A DNA stretch of 34,146 nt. It comes from a candidate division WOR-3 bacterium. Lineage in GTDB: Bacteria; Hydrothermota; Tepidihabitantia; SM23-42. The notes under the pieces were generated by a model. It was not told the origin of the DNA. It made no database searches and saw only the letters and a list, made by a program, of their open reading frames with translations. Every line of letters starts with the position of its first letter. Position 1 is the stretch's first letter. This document shows positions 8,711-18,686 of this stretch, piece after piece. The DNA is taken from contig JAGMEL010000054.1 of the NCBI GenBank assembly GCA_023128195.1, positions 1-34,146 on the forward strand, written 5' to 3'. Position numbers and translations under genes: made by a program.

Positions 8711-11116
8711 ATGAATCAACGAGTTTTCCAATATCGAGTGTTGCTTTTATTATTTGTTCTTACGTGTAGTCTTGCTGCAGGTACTTCAGGTCAGGTACAT
8801 AGTGGCACGTTATCTGTTGACGAAATCCAGGGAATGTATGAAATGATCCGTGTTATATCATTTGATTCGACTAAAATACTACACATCGATACATGTATTT
8901 TACAGAGGGACGTAGGTCGGTTTGTCTTTGAATCAGGTTCTTTGTATTTCCTTGAGTCTGTGTGTAATAGAGTAATTGCTGCATATTTCAAGGGGAAAGG
9001 TATTTTCCAACTGACAACAGATAACACAATAGAAAGGCAACAATTACAAAGATTTACGGATGAAGATAACATCGAGCAAAAGTTTGAACGAGCCTTCTTT
9101 GTATTTACTGATAGTACTTATGAGCATTTCACTGCGCAACAAGCAACAATGACGCAGGCATTTGATCATAAGATTGCTAAAGAAATAGAAGAATTCAGGA
9201 AAAAAATCCGAGAATACTTTTTCTCGAATACGGATGCTCGTATATTGTGTGACTTGGCAACAAGTAAATATGGTCATATGTTTCAGGTTTATTTTGAATG
9301 TCCGAAATCAATAGAGTTTTGTTTTTCAGTTGACCCGCTACAAAATGAAGAAGTTGATCTTATCCGATACAAAAGGGCAAAGCATAAAAAATGGGCAGAA
9401 TTTGAGACGTGGTATTCTGCGCTTGCTCAAGATACTTGTATGCGGTATGACTATGCATTCGATATTAGACATATAGATATCGATGTCTCTATTGGTTCCA
9501 GGCAGATACTTTCGGCAACGACTAACCTTAATTTTACCAGCCTTGTTGATGGTGCGCAGGTCGTTCCAATGAGGCTTGCACCTGAACTTCGTGTCACAGC
9601 AGCTGTTAGTGGAGCAGATTCTTGTTTTTTTATTCAGGAGGCTAAGGAGCAAGATGCAATGTTATGGGTAATATTTCCTGCTCCATTAAAAAGAGATACC
9701 TTGTATGAACTTACACTTGTCTATTCTGGCAAAGATATTGTGCAAGATGTTGGAGGGAAGAATTTTGTGGTTAATCGAAGAACGTCCTGGTATCCGAATT
9801 TTGACGCAAACTGGCCGGACCCAGCGCGTTTTACTATGAAATTTGCGGTTCCAGAGAAAATGACACTTCTGAGTACAGGCAAGTTACTTCGCACATGGAA
9901 ACAAGATAAGATTGCTTACTCAGAATGGGATAGTGAAATAGAATACACTGTTGTAGGATTTAATTACGGTAAATTTTCAAATGTACGTGAAAAGAGTTCA
10001 TTATGTGAAGTTGACTGTTATACAAACAATTATCTGTCTGATGATTTGCATGAGATCCGTAGAATCCTTGAACAGAACAGGGCGTTGCAGGCTGAACTGA
10101 TGATGCTTCCGCAGGAATTGACTACGGATAAATTAGGTAAAAGAGCCGCCATAGAAAGTCGTAATGCATATGAAGTATATGTACACTTTTTTGGAGAAAT
10201 CCCTTTTCAGAAAATAACAGTTTCCCAACAACCACAGGCATCATTCGCCCAAAGTTGGCCTCGACTTATTTATTTACCCTTCACGGCATTTTTGAGGGAA
10301 TCGGTTTTAGAACGACTTTTCGGATTACGTCTGTATACAAAATATGAGCTTTTTTATGAAACCATAGCTCCCCATGAAATTGCACATCAGTGGTGGGGAC
10401 ATACAGTGATTATTAATTCATATCATGATGAGTGGCTCAATGAAGGGTTTGCTACGTATTCTACAGCTTTGTATTTCCAAATAGCAGAAGATACTAAAAG
10501 TTTTAAAAAGTATATGAATGTGCTAAGAGGAGAAGTACTTAAGAAAGTTGAAAAAGGCAAGCGCGCTACAGAACTCGGTCCAATATGGATAGGTCGAAGA
10601 CTGAATTCTTTAGATACTCCTACAGGATATATGTTGATTTATTCTAAAGGCGCGTACATACTACATATGCTTCGTATGATGCTTCTTGACTATAAAACAA
10701 AAAGTGATGAACGTTTTATCGCAATGATGAAGGATTATGTTAGTATATATTCAGGAAAGATTGCATCGACAGTAGATTTTAAAAGTGTTGTAGAAAAACA
10801 TTTTTCTGATGATATGACGTGGTTTTTTAACCAATGGGTCTATGGCACTGATATTCCTGTTTACACATTTGATTATTACGTTGATGCGACAGATGATGGT
10901 AAGTATCTCCTTACTATTACTGCTCAGCAAAAAGAGGTGTCTCCTGACTTCAAGATGCCGTTCCATTTTGTTGTTAATTTTAAAAACGAACATGCTGTTG
11001 TACATATGCTCATCACCGGATCTGAACCAATTAAGAAACAGTTTAAGCTTCCGAGCAAACCGAACTCAATTGAAGCCAATCCCTGGAACGGTGTTTTATG
11101 TAAGATTGAAGAATAA
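8711..11116 (+). CDS. M1-family zinc metallopeptidase (aminopeptidase N-like), secreted
   Basis: Signal-like N-terminus. Gluzincin motif HEIAHQWWGH followed by WLNEGFATY (HEXXH-18-E). RBS GAGGAGG upstream. Confidence 0.9.
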   Translation: MNQRVFQYRVLLLLFVLTCSLAAGTSGQVHSGTLSVDEIQGMYEMIRVISFDSTKILHIDTCILQRDVGRFVFESGSLYFLESVCNRVIAAYFKGKGIFQLTTDNTIERQQLQRFTDEDNIEQKFERAFFVFTDSTYEHFTAQQATMTQAFDHKIAKEIEEFRKKIREYFFSNTDARILCDLATSKYGHMFQVYFECPKSIEFCFSVDPLQNEEVDLIRYKRAKHKKWAEFETWYSALAQDTCMRYDYAFDIRHIDIDVSIGSRQILSATTNLNFTSLVDGAQVVPMRLAPELRVTAAVSGADSCFFIQEAKEQDAMLWVIFPAPLKRDTLYELTLVYSGKDIVQDVGGKNFVVNRRTSWYPNFDANWPDPARFTMKFAVPEKMTLLSTGKLLRTWKQDKIAYSEWDSEIEYTVVGFNYGKFSNVREKSSLCEVDCYTNNYLSDDLHEIRRILEQNRALQAELMMLPQELTTDKLGKRAAIESRNAYEVYVHFFGEIPFQKITVSQQPQASFAQSWPRLIYLPFTAFLRESVLERLFGLRLYTKYELFYETIAPHEIAHQWWGHTVIINSYHDEWLNEGFATYSTALYFQIAEDTKSFKKYMNVLRGEVLKKVEKGKRATELGPIWIGRRLNSLDTPTGYMLIYSKGAYILHMLRMMLLDYKTKSDERFIAMMKDYVSIYSGKIASTVDFKSVVEKHFSDDMTWFFNQWVYGTDIPVYTFDYYVDATDDGKYLLTITAQQKEVSPDFKMPFHFVVNFKNEHAVVHMLITGSEPIKKQFKLPSKPNSIEANPWNGVLCKIEE

Positions 11117-11129
11117 TCATTCCTAATCC

Positions 11130-11157
11130 TTGACTTTTCTATCAGTAAACTAATAAT
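11130..11157 (+). promoter_or_regulatory. candidate promoter directly after the peptidase stop
   Basis: TTGACT (11130-11135), 16 nt spacer, AATAAT (11152-11157). Confidence 0.35.
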
Positions 11158-11163
11158 CTGTGC

Positions 11164-11260
11164 ATTGAGATTTCTGAAAAAGCCAGAAATCTCTGATTAC
11201 AGTGATTAACGTAATAGATCTCAGAGATAAAAGTCATGAAATATCACTGTAATCTTTTTC
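11164..11260 (+). ncRNA. candidate ~95-nt structured small RNA, or an elaborate terminator
   Basis: Hairpin 1 is GAGATTTCTG-N7-CAGAAATCTC (11167-11193). Hairpin 2 has 12-bp arms GATTACAGTGAT (11195-11206) and ATCACTGTAATC (11243-11254), followed by TTTTTCGTATTTTT. A third GTAATCA copy at 11269-11275 allows alternative pairing. Confidence 0.3.
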
Positions 11261-11317
11261 GTATTTTTGTAATCAGGAGAGCGATGAATATTTTTTCAGA
11301 GCTCTCGCATTTAGTCC

Positions 11318-11346
11318 TTGACATTTAATTTAACTTATGTTATAAT
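11318..11346 (+). promoter_or_regulatory. consensus sigma70 promoter of the TetR-led cluster
   Basis: TTGACA (11318-11323), 17 nt spacer, TATAAT (11341-11346). Confidence 0.7.
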
Positions 11347-11373
11347 ACGGTCGTTATATAACGAATGTTATAA
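11337..11373. promoter_or_regulatory. probable TetR operator overlapping the -10
   Basis: Perfect 12-bp palindrome CGTTATATAACG (11352-11363) flanked by direct repeats ATGTTATAA (11337-11345 and 11365-11373). It sits between the -10 and the RBS. Confidence 0.5.
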
Positions 11374-11385
11374 AAGGAGCTTATT

Positions 11386-12054
11386 ATGCCACGAGAAATA
11401 ACTTTTACTAAAAAGGATGTAATCCAGGCTGCATTCGAACTTGTGCAAGAGCATGGGTTAGAAACTTTATCTGCACGTAGGGTTGCAGAACATTTAGGAT
11501 CATCAACAACACCGGTTTACTCATGTTTTGCTTCAATGCAGAAGCTGGAAAGGGCAGTAATCAAAAAGATTCGAGACCTGATGATTGCATATACAGAAAA
11601 ATCCTATACAGACCGCAGTGATTTGAACATGGGAATCGGTGTTGTCCTGTTTGCCCGCGATAACCCCAGGCTTTTCAGTACCCTGTTTTTAGAAAGTAAT
11701 CAATTCAAACAAGTAACAGATGAGATTTTTGAATCGTGTGACAAACGCCTGAAGCAGGTTCCAGAATATGATTGCATGTTTGATACTGAAAGAAGACGAC
11801 TTCTGCATAAACTTGAGATTTTCTCTCATGGACTTGCATCGCGTGCATGTGTCGGCTTACTCGAAAAAGACAGTGATGAGGATATTATTTTCATCTTATG
11901 GGAAATGGGTAGAGCATTTATACATGATGCATTCATGAATATTAAGGGTCGCGCTGGTTCTATTCAGAAGCATAGGCACCTACATGATGATTATGGGATA
12001 GTCGATTTCAAAACATGGAAAAAGAAGCACTATAGACGTGCAAAAAACAGATGA
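11386..12054 (+). CDS. TetR/AcrR family transcriptional regulator
   Basis: N-terminal HTH pattern KKDVIQAAFELVQEHGLETLSARRVAEHLGSSTTPVYSCFASMQKL. About 220 aa, typical size, with an RBS AAGGAG. Confidence 0.85.
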   Translation: MPREITFTKKDVIQAAFELVQEHGLETLSARRVAEHLGSSTTPVYSCFASMQKLERAVIKKIRDLMIAYTEKSYTDRSDLNMGIGVVLFARDNPRLFSTLFLESNQFKQVTDEIFESCDKRLKQVPEYDCMFDTERRRLLHKLEIFSHGLASRACVGLLEKDSDEDIIFILWEMGRAFIHDAFMNIKGRAGSIQKHRHLHDDYGIVDFKTWKKKHYRRAKNR

Positions 12055-12089
12055 ACAATAAGAACTAATTAGATGAAAGGAGAAATAAG

Positions 12090-14441
12090 ATGTTAAAAGG
12101 ATTGATAGTTGCATTTCTTAGTTTCTGTACTTTAGGGCTCAGTGCTACAGGCTCTATTGCTGGAAAGGTTGTAGATAAGACTACCCGGGAACCGCTTGCC
12201 GGTGCAAACATCATTGTGATGGACACCCAGCTGGGCGCAGCTGCGGATGTGAATGGAGATTTTATTGTCAGGAATATTGAGCCAGGGAGTTATAATATTG
12301 AGATTTCAATGTTGGGTTACGAAACCCTTATGAAGAATCGTGTAGTAGTCAAGCCTGGTAAAGCGATTTTCTTACACATAGAACTTAAACAAGAACCTAT
12401 TCAGATGTCTGGAATAGTGGTGACACCGAGTTTCTTTGAAAAGACAAAAGATGCGGTTGTATCGTCCAGGCGCATGGATTTTGAAGAGATAATCACTCAA
12501 CCAGGAGGATGTTATGATGTTCAGCGGGCAGTGCAGGCGCTTCCAGCAGTAGTGTCAGGGGCTGATCAGGATAATGAGATTATTGTAAGGGGTGGGAATT
12601 ATGGCGAAAATCTTTTTGTCATTGACAATATTGAAATTCCGAACCCGAATCATTTTGCCTGGCAGGGTACCGGCGGTGGTCCAATAAATATCATTAATAC
12701 TGATTTTGTAAGACAAATTGACTTTATGGCAGGAGCATTTCCTGCAAAATATGGGAATAAGGCATCGTCCGTCATGGATATTAAACTGAGACAAGGTGCA
12801 AGAGATGGTCTGCATGCAAAGTTTAACATAGGAATGGCTGGTGTTGGGGGAAGTATTGAAGGACCGATAAAGAACGGCTCTTTTTTAGTATCAGCGCATA
12901 GAAGTTATCTCTCGCTCATAAAATCGAGTTTTGGCATGACCGCAGTTCCTCATTATTATAATATTCAAGGAAAATTTACTTACGATTTATCACCCAAACA
13001 TAAATTAAACATACTTGGAATCTATGCTAATGACTGGATTTATATCGAGGATGAAACAGCCCATCGTCACATGGTATCAGATATTACAATAGATGCCAAA
13101 TCGTATCAATATACATTCGGAGGCAGTCTGGTATCACTTTTCAAAAGAGGATATTCTTCATTTACTTTATCGAGAACCCTGAATTACTGGAATCATTACG
13201 TAACTGATACTACTGAGGCACAGGTTTACCATAATTATGCAACCGAAGTAGAGAATACTGCAAAAATTGATATGGTTCTAAGACCTTTTGCAAAAAATGA
13301 AATCTCACTCGGGGTTTATCTGAAGAATCCAGAATATGATTATGATACGTGGGCAAAACCAGAGACCTTGTTTATTTATGATCCTGAAACCGGAGAGATT
13401 ATTGATACTACAGATTATATCTATGGATTGGATGTGAAGAAGCGCGAATCATCATGGAAACGTGGAGGCTATCTTCAGTACAGAAATAATCTCGGAAGAA
13501 TCCTCACTTTTACTCTTGGATTAAGGTATGACCGATTTGAATACACGGGGAATGCTTATTTTTGTCCAAGGGCAGGAGTAAGTATTCATCTGACAAAGAA
13601 TACTGATTTCAATCTTGCTTATGGAAAACATTCCCAGACACCGGATTGGTATCAGCTTGCCCTTGATACTGCTAATCACTATCTCAAAAATAAATATACG
13701 GATCAATATGTGGTCGGGCTTGAACATCTGTTTGCCGAGGATGTAAAAGGAACAGTTGAAGGTTATTATAAAAAATATCAGGATGTCCCAATACAGAGAG
13801 CTTATACAACAAGTGATCCAAATGACTGGGACAAAGTGTATGTAAATAAAGGAGAGGGGTATGCAAAGGGGATTGAGTTTTTCCTACAGAAAAAGGTGAA
13901 GCAGAATTTGTGGGGGACATTGAGTTATTCATATTCAATTGCCCGAATGACAGATCCCCGGGATTCCACAATTGAATTCAGTTGGGATTTTGATTATGAG
14001 CATGTTTTTACATTAATATCTGGTTACCGGCAAGAATTTAAGGGATTGGGCTGGTTTGAAAACCTGAAAAGAAAGTGGTGGTACAATATAATAAGTCTTA
14101 TCCCAATAGTTCCTGGAGATGAGACTGAATGCTCTTTTAGATGGCGATACATTGGAGGTAAGCCATACACTTCACAGACATGGCATCCAGAATGGAAACG
14201 ATGGACCCTTGATGAAGATCAACCAATAAACTCAACGCGAATGGATGCGTATAAGAGATTTGATTTTCACATCAAACGAAGATGGTTTTTTGGCAAATGG
14301 AGTCTGATGAGCTATTTAGAAGTAGAAAATCTCTTTAATACACCGAATATCTGGGATTATCAATACCTTGATACTGGAGAAATAGAGACAGTCTACCAAT
14401 ATGGCAGGATGATTATCGGAGGTGTAGTAGTAGAATTTTAA
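12090..14441 (+). CDS. TonB-dependent-receptor-like outer membrane barrel with N-terminal carboxypeptidase-regulatory-like domain
   Basis: Signal peptide, then GSIAGKVVDKTTREPLAGANIIV...NGDFIVRNIEPGSYNIEISMLGYET (CarboxypepD_reg). A plug-like DVQRAVQALPAVV...IIVRGG follows. Long beta-rich C-terminal part ending ...VVVEF (terminal Phe). Confidence 0.8.
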   Translation: MLKGLIVAFLSFCTLGLSATGSIAGKVVDKTTREPLAGANIIVMDTQLGAAADVNGDFIVRNIEPGSYNIEISMLGYETLMKNRVVVKPGKAIFLHIELKQEPIQMSGIVVTPSFFEKTKDAVVSSRRMDFEEIITQPGGCYDVQRAVQALPAVVSGADQDNEIIVRGGNYGENLFVIDNIEIPNPNHFAWQGTGGGPINIINTDFVRQIDFMAGAFPAKYGNKASSVMDIKLRQGARDGLHAKFNIGMAGVGGSIEGPIKNGSFLVSAHRSYLSLIKSSFGMTAVPHYYNIQGKFTYDLSPKHKLNILGIYANDWIYIEDETAHRHMVSDITIDAKSYQYTFGGSLVSLFKRGYSSFTLSRTLNYWNHYVTDTTEAQVYHNYATEVENTAKIDMVLRPFAKNEISLGVYLKNPEYDYDTWAKPETLFIYDPETGEIIDTTDYIYGLDVKKRESSWKRGGYLQYRNNLGRILTFTLGLRYDRFEYTGNAYFCPRAGVSIHLTKNTDFNLAYGKHSQTPDWYQLALDTANHYLKNKYTDQYVVGLEHLFAEDVKGTVEGYYKKYQDVPIQRAYTTSDPNDWDKVYVNKGEGYAKGIEFFLQKKVKQNLWGTLSYSYSIARMTDPRDSTIEFSWDFDYEHVFTLISGYRQEFKGLGWFENLKRKWWYNIISLIPIVPGDETECSFRWRYIGGKPYTSQTWHPEWKRWTLDEDQPINSTRMDAYKRFDFHIKRRWFFGKWSLMSYLEVENLFNTPNIWDYQYLDTGEIETVYQYGRMIIGGVVVEF

Positions 14442-14475
14442 TCTTTTTTGTAGACTTACACTGTGGGACCAATAC

Positions 14476-14503
14476 TTGAAAAATTGTGATTCTCATATAT
14501 AAT
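14476..14503 (+). promoter_or_regulatory. candidate promoter abutting the ABC ATPase start
   Basis: TTGAAA (14476-14481), 16 nt spacer, TATAAT (14498-14503). The ATG at 14512 is only 8 nt downstream, with no SD. Confidence 0.45.
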
Positions 14504-14511
14504 TAAGTTAT

Positions 14512-15462
14512 ATGCAGATTTTACAGTGTGAGAATCTAACGAAGATTTACAGAAATAAAAAGCAAACAGTACGTGCAGCAGACAATATTTCGTTCAGTAT
14601 TAAAAAAGGTGAACTGGTTGGTCTTCTTGGACCAAATGGTGCAGGTAAGACAACCACGATCAAGTGTTTATGCCGTTTGTTAAATCCGACATCAGGTAAA
14701 ATACATATTGATGGGTTTGATGTTATTAAGAACCCGCGCATTGCTTATGAAAAAGCTGCTGCAGTCCTGGAAGGCAACCGCAATATTTACTGGCGAATGA
14801 GCACAAAAGAGAATCTCAAATTATTTGCCGGGCTTCAAGGTTATTCTTATAAGCAGGTAAAGAACAAGATAGAGGAATTGGTTGAAATTTTCGGTCTTCA
14901 GGAAAAGATTAGTACAGAGGCGCGCTTCCTTTCCCGCGGGATGCAGCAGAAACTTGCGATTGCCTGTGCATTGATCAAGAATACTAAGATACTATTTTTA
15001 GACGAGCCAACACTTGGTCTTGATGTTGAAGCAATATATGAGGTGCGGAATTTGCTCAAGGGAAAGATATCATCTGAAGGAAAAACAATATTTTTGAGTT
15101 CACACAATATGGGTGTAGTTGAGGATGTGTGTAAGCGTGTAATTATAATTAATCACGGTAAGATTGTTGCTGACGAAGAGATAAAGAAAATTAAGGAGTT
15201 GTTCAGGGTTAATACATACAGGTTTGAGATTGAAGGGAAGATTGGTGAGCAAATAAAAAAAGAATTCCTTAAGAGATTTCTTGGCGTCAGGTTCTCTACT
15301 GATGAATCAAAAACCGAAATTATTATTGATTTAAAAGACTCCATAAGAATATATGAAGTGCTTGAGATTTTGAAAAAAAGAGGTGTTAAATTACTCAACA
15401 TTCAAAATATCGAACCTGATTTTGAAGAGATTTACCTTGAACTGGTGAAACGTGAAAAATAG
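14512..15462 (+). CDS. ABC transporter ATP-binding protein (ABC-2 type exporter ATPase)
   Basis: Walker A GPNGAGKTT, signature LSRGMQQKL, Walker B ILFLDEPTLGLD and H-loop SSHNM, plus a ~100 aa C-terminal extension. Confidence 0.9.
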   Translation: MQILQCENLTKIYRNKKQTVRAADNISFSIKKGELVGLLGPNGAGKTTTIKCLCRLLNPTSGKIHIDGFDVIKNPRIAYEKAAAVLEGNRNIYWRMSTKENLKLFAGLQGYSYKQVKNKIEELVEIFGLQEKISTEARFLSRGMQQKLAIACALIKNTKILFLDEPTLGLDVEAIYEVRNLLKGKISSEGKTIFLSSHNMGVVEDVCKRVIIINHGKIVADEEIKKIKELFRVNTYRFEIEGKIGEQIKKEFLKRFLGVRFSTDESKTEIIIDLKDSIRIYEVLEILKKRGVKLLNIQNIEPDFEEIYLELVKREK

Positions 15463-16234
15463 GCACTGGAATCTTTTCAAAACTATTTTTATAAAAGAAT
15501 GGATATCTTTAAAAAGGTATCCATTTAACACAATCTCTGCTATAGTCACAGTTTATTTAGTCTTTCTGCTTTTTTTTCTCGGCTACAAGTTTATCGGGGG
15601 AAATCAGGCAACATTTACCAGAACCACCGAAGGATTTGTTGTGGGTTTCTTTATCTGGACATATTCAATTGCTGCTTACTCCACACTTTCCTGGGGTATT
15701 ATTCAGGAGGCGCGTGCAGGAACCCTTGAACAATTGTATATGACGCCATTAGGTTATGAAACCGTAGCTTTTTATACGATTATTTCGAATTTTTTCTGGA
15801 GCCTGGCATGGGTTATCCCAATTCTTCTGTTAATGATGGTTACTACTGGACGGTATTTGCATTTTGATTTCATCACGCTTATTCCGCTTTTAATATTAAC
15901 GATTGCAAGTGGTTATGGTATTGGTTTTATAACTGGTGGACTCGGTTTGGTTTTTAAGAAAATTCAGGCATTCTTTCAGATACTACAATTTATCTTTGTG
16001 GGTTTTATTGTTGCACCAGTTGATAAAATGTCCGTTTTAAAAATCTTGCCCTTTTCCCTTGGCTCAAAAATGATTGCCAAAAATATGATCGATAAATTAC
16101 CTATTTATAAGATGCCAATATATGATATACTTATATTAATGGCTAATGCTATATTTTACCTGGTGATAGGATTTTTAATATTTAAATTGTGTGAAAAGGT
16201 TGCTAAAGACCGCGGGCTTTTGGGGCATTATTGA
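15452..16234 (+). CDS. ABC-2 family transporter permease
   Basis: Six predicted hydrophobic helices. GTG start overlaps the ATPase stop by 11 nt (translational coupling). Typical size of 260 aa. Confidence 0.75.
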   Translation: MKNRHWNLFKTIFIKEWISLKRYPFNTISAIVTVYLVFLLFFLGYKFIGGNQATFTRTTEGFVVGFFIWTYSIAAYSTLSWGIIQEARAGTLEQLYMTPLGYETVAFYTIISNFFWSLAWVIPILLLMMVTTGRYLHFDFITLIPLLILTIASGYGIGFITGGLGLVFKKIQAFFQILQFIFVGFIVAPVDKMSVLKILPFSLGSKMIAKNMIDKLPIYKMPIYDILILMANAIFYLVIGFLIFKLCEKVAKDRGLLGHY

Positions 16235-16517
16235 TGATTGACCCACGCCCCTCATAGAGGAGCGGGGTTTATCAGGCACAATTTACATGAGTAGCAGAGC
16301 TTGCTCTGCGCGATTATACGCGAAACAAGTTTTGTTATTCCAGTTCTCCTTGAGTTAACGCTAATTGCATAACGTAGTTATCTGTGTAATCATTTAAAAA
16401 TCTGTGAAATCTGTGAGGTGAAACTTTTCCCGATTTTATGCGTATAATATTATAGATGTTAATGCTTTTAATTAACCAATTAACTATTCACCAATTAACC
16501 AAATTTAAGGAGGTTTA

Positions 16518-18635
16518 ATGAATCTTTTATTATTGTTTTTGATGACCATAAATAGCGATAAAACAGTTGAGGTGCGGTATACAGATATAGCACCAAGGAT
16601 TGATGGGGTGATTGAGGAAGTCTGGCAAATAGCAGATTCGGCTTATGATTTTATCCAATTTGAACCCTATGAAAACGAAGAACCTACTGAAAAAACTGTA
16701 GTTTATGTATTGCAGGATAAAGAAAATCTCTATTTTGCGTTCCGCTGTTATGCAGAAAAGCATAAGCCAACATCCTGTTTAACTGCAGATGAGGATGATA
16801 TTAGAATAGGTATTGATTCTTTTGATAGCAAGACTACAGCATACTACTTTCAAGTTTTTGCAAGTGGAATATTTCACGATGGCTGGGTACTTGATAATGG
16901 CAGAACCTTTGATGATTCCTGGGAAGGTGTTTGGTATCGGGCAGTCAAATTATGTGACGACCGTTTTGAAGTAGAAATAAAGATACCGTTCAAATCGATC
17001 CGGTATAAAAAAGGGTTTGATAAATGGGGTATAACGTTTGTTCGATATACTGCACATAATAGAGAAGTGGCTTGCTGGAATGAGTTTTTACAGAAAGAAG
17101 GGGTTTTGATTTCTAAATACGGCACACTAACAGGTATAAATCCACAAGCCACAGGGTATTATTTTGAACTCTATCCTGAGGGATATTTAAGATACGATAG
17201 AGATTGGGTAAAAGATACTACTGAGTTCAAACCGAGTATGAGTTTGAATTTCAAATGGGATTTAACCCCGCAGACAACCCTCAATGCAACTGTTTATCCA
17301 GACTTTGCCCAGATTGAATCTGATCCATTTGAACTCAATCTGTCCAGGTATCCTACTTATTTAGATGAACGAAGACCATTCTTTCTCGAAGGCAAAGAAA
17401 TCTTTCGAATGGCAGATTTTGGTGACATGGGATTCTTTGATCCATTAGAAATTTTTTATTCACGCAAAATAGGAAAACTGGTAAAAAACGATGCAGTACC
17501 GATCATCGGTGGATTAAAATTGACAAATAAATCTAATGACTGGAATATAGGAGCTTTAGGTGCTTATACAAGTGAATATTATGATAGCCTTGGTGAAATA
17601 ATAATTGATGAACCCAATCAATGGTTTGGTGTGCTGAGAGCAAAACGCAGCGTATTTGAAAACTCAGATATTGGCATGCTCTTTAGCGGAGCAATGATAG
17701 ATAAAGATAATTACAACTACGCATTTGGGCTTGATGGCGCATATCGTAAAGGGGCTAATCAATTTGTTATACAGGGAGCAGTGAGTGACAAAAATGAAAA
17801 AAGAGGTTGGGCATTAAACACTGGTTATTTTGGCTTTATCAAAAACTTTATTATGTTTGCATCTGCTCAGGCGATTCATGAATCCTTTGATGTTAGTGAT
17901 ATTGGATTTGTTCCGTGGTCTGGTCAGAAAAAACTTCTCGTTATGAGTGGTCCTTATAAACAATTTCAAAAGGGATTTATTCGCGATTACTTCATAGCAC
18001 CGGGAATAAACGTTATTCAGGAACCAGGTGATTCAAATTGGTCAACAATTGGTGTAACAGAAATCAATACACATTTTCGCAATAACTGGGGGTTTGATTT
18101 TAATGTCGGTGCTGGTCCTTATTATGAAGCAGACACAAATTACTTTTATCGCAATATAAACCTTTCAGTCTGGGGTAATCTCTTTGGGAATCACATAAAC
18201 TTTGGCGGCGATTATACCTACACGTACAATTATTTGCGCAACTTTCTTGCATATCAAAGTTCAACCAGGTTTTCCTACACCCATTCAATAATACCACAAT
18301 TGAGCATTGGTTTAGCATCCTACCTATGGGTTGAATGGGATACACGTAATACTATTGTTGCGATGTGGCCAATCTTCAGGCCAAGAATCGATATAAGATT
18401 TAATGCAGATATGAGTTTAAGCATTTTCAATGAGATTGTTACGCAAATGCCAGGTACAGATTTTAATGAGACAGAGTTATTGTCAAATCGATTTGGTCTG
18501 CTTTTCTCCTGGAATTTCTTGCCTAAATCCTGGCTTTATGTTGCATTAAATGACTATCGTGTGGATGAGGAAGGTAGTTTACATTCACAATACCAGATTG
18601 GCGCAATCAAGGCGAAATATCTGCTATATTTTTAG
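16518..18635 (+). CDS. CBM9-like / DUF5916-like outer-membrane-associated protein
   Basis: The N-terminal segment APRIDGVIEEVWQIADSAYDFIQFEP...TVVYVLQDKENLYFAFRCY resembles the carbohydrate-binding-family-9-like module that precedes DUF5916 barrels. Long Tyr/Gly/Asn-rich beta region ends ...YLLYF. RBS AAGGAGG. Confidence 0.6.
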   Translation: MNLLLLFLMTINSDKTVEVRYTDIAPRIDGVIEEVWQIADSAYDFIQFEPYENEEPTEKTVVYVLQDKENLYFAFRCYAEKHKPTSCLTADEDDIRIGIDSFDSKTTAYYFQVFASGIFHDGWVLDNGRTFDDSWEGVWYRAVKLCDDRFEVEIKIPFKSIRYKKGFDKWGITFVRYTAHNREVACWNEFLQKEGVLISKYGTLTGINPQATGYYFELYPEGYLRYDRDWVKDTTEFKPSMSLNFKWDLTPQTTLNATVYPDFAQIESDPFELNLSRYPTYLDERRPFFLEGKEIFRMADFGDMGFFDPLEIFYSRKIGKLVKNDAVPIIGGLKLTNKSNDWNIGALGAYTSEYYDSLGEIIIDEPNQWFGVLRAKRSVFENSDIGMLFSGAMIDKDNYNYAFGLDGAYRKGANQFVIQGAVSDKNEKRGWALNTGYFGFIKNFIMFASAQAIHESFDVSDIGFVPWSGQKKLLVMSGPYKQFQKGFIRDYFIAPGINVIQEPGDSNWSTIGVTEINTHFRNNWGFDFNVGAGPYYEADTNYFYRNINLSVWGNLFGNHINFGGDYTYTYNYLRNFLAYQSSTRFSYTHSIIPQLSIGLASYLWVEWDTRNTIVAMWPIFRPRIDIRFNADMSLSIFNEIVTQMPGTDFNETELLSNRFGLLFSWNFLPKSWLYVALNDYRVDEEGSLHSQYQIGAIKAKYLLYF

Positions 18636-18669
18636 TTATTAGCCCATATTTATCTTCCTTATTCTCTTC

Positions 18670-18686
18670 TGCACAAATTTTGTGCA
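18670..18686. promoter_or_regulatory. 17-bp palindrome TGCACAAA-T-TTTGTGCA in the promoter region of the DUF4476-like gene
   Basis: 8-bp perfect arms. A third TTTGTGCA half-site lies at 18699-18706, and TATAAT at 18694-18699 sits between them. Confidence 0.4.
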
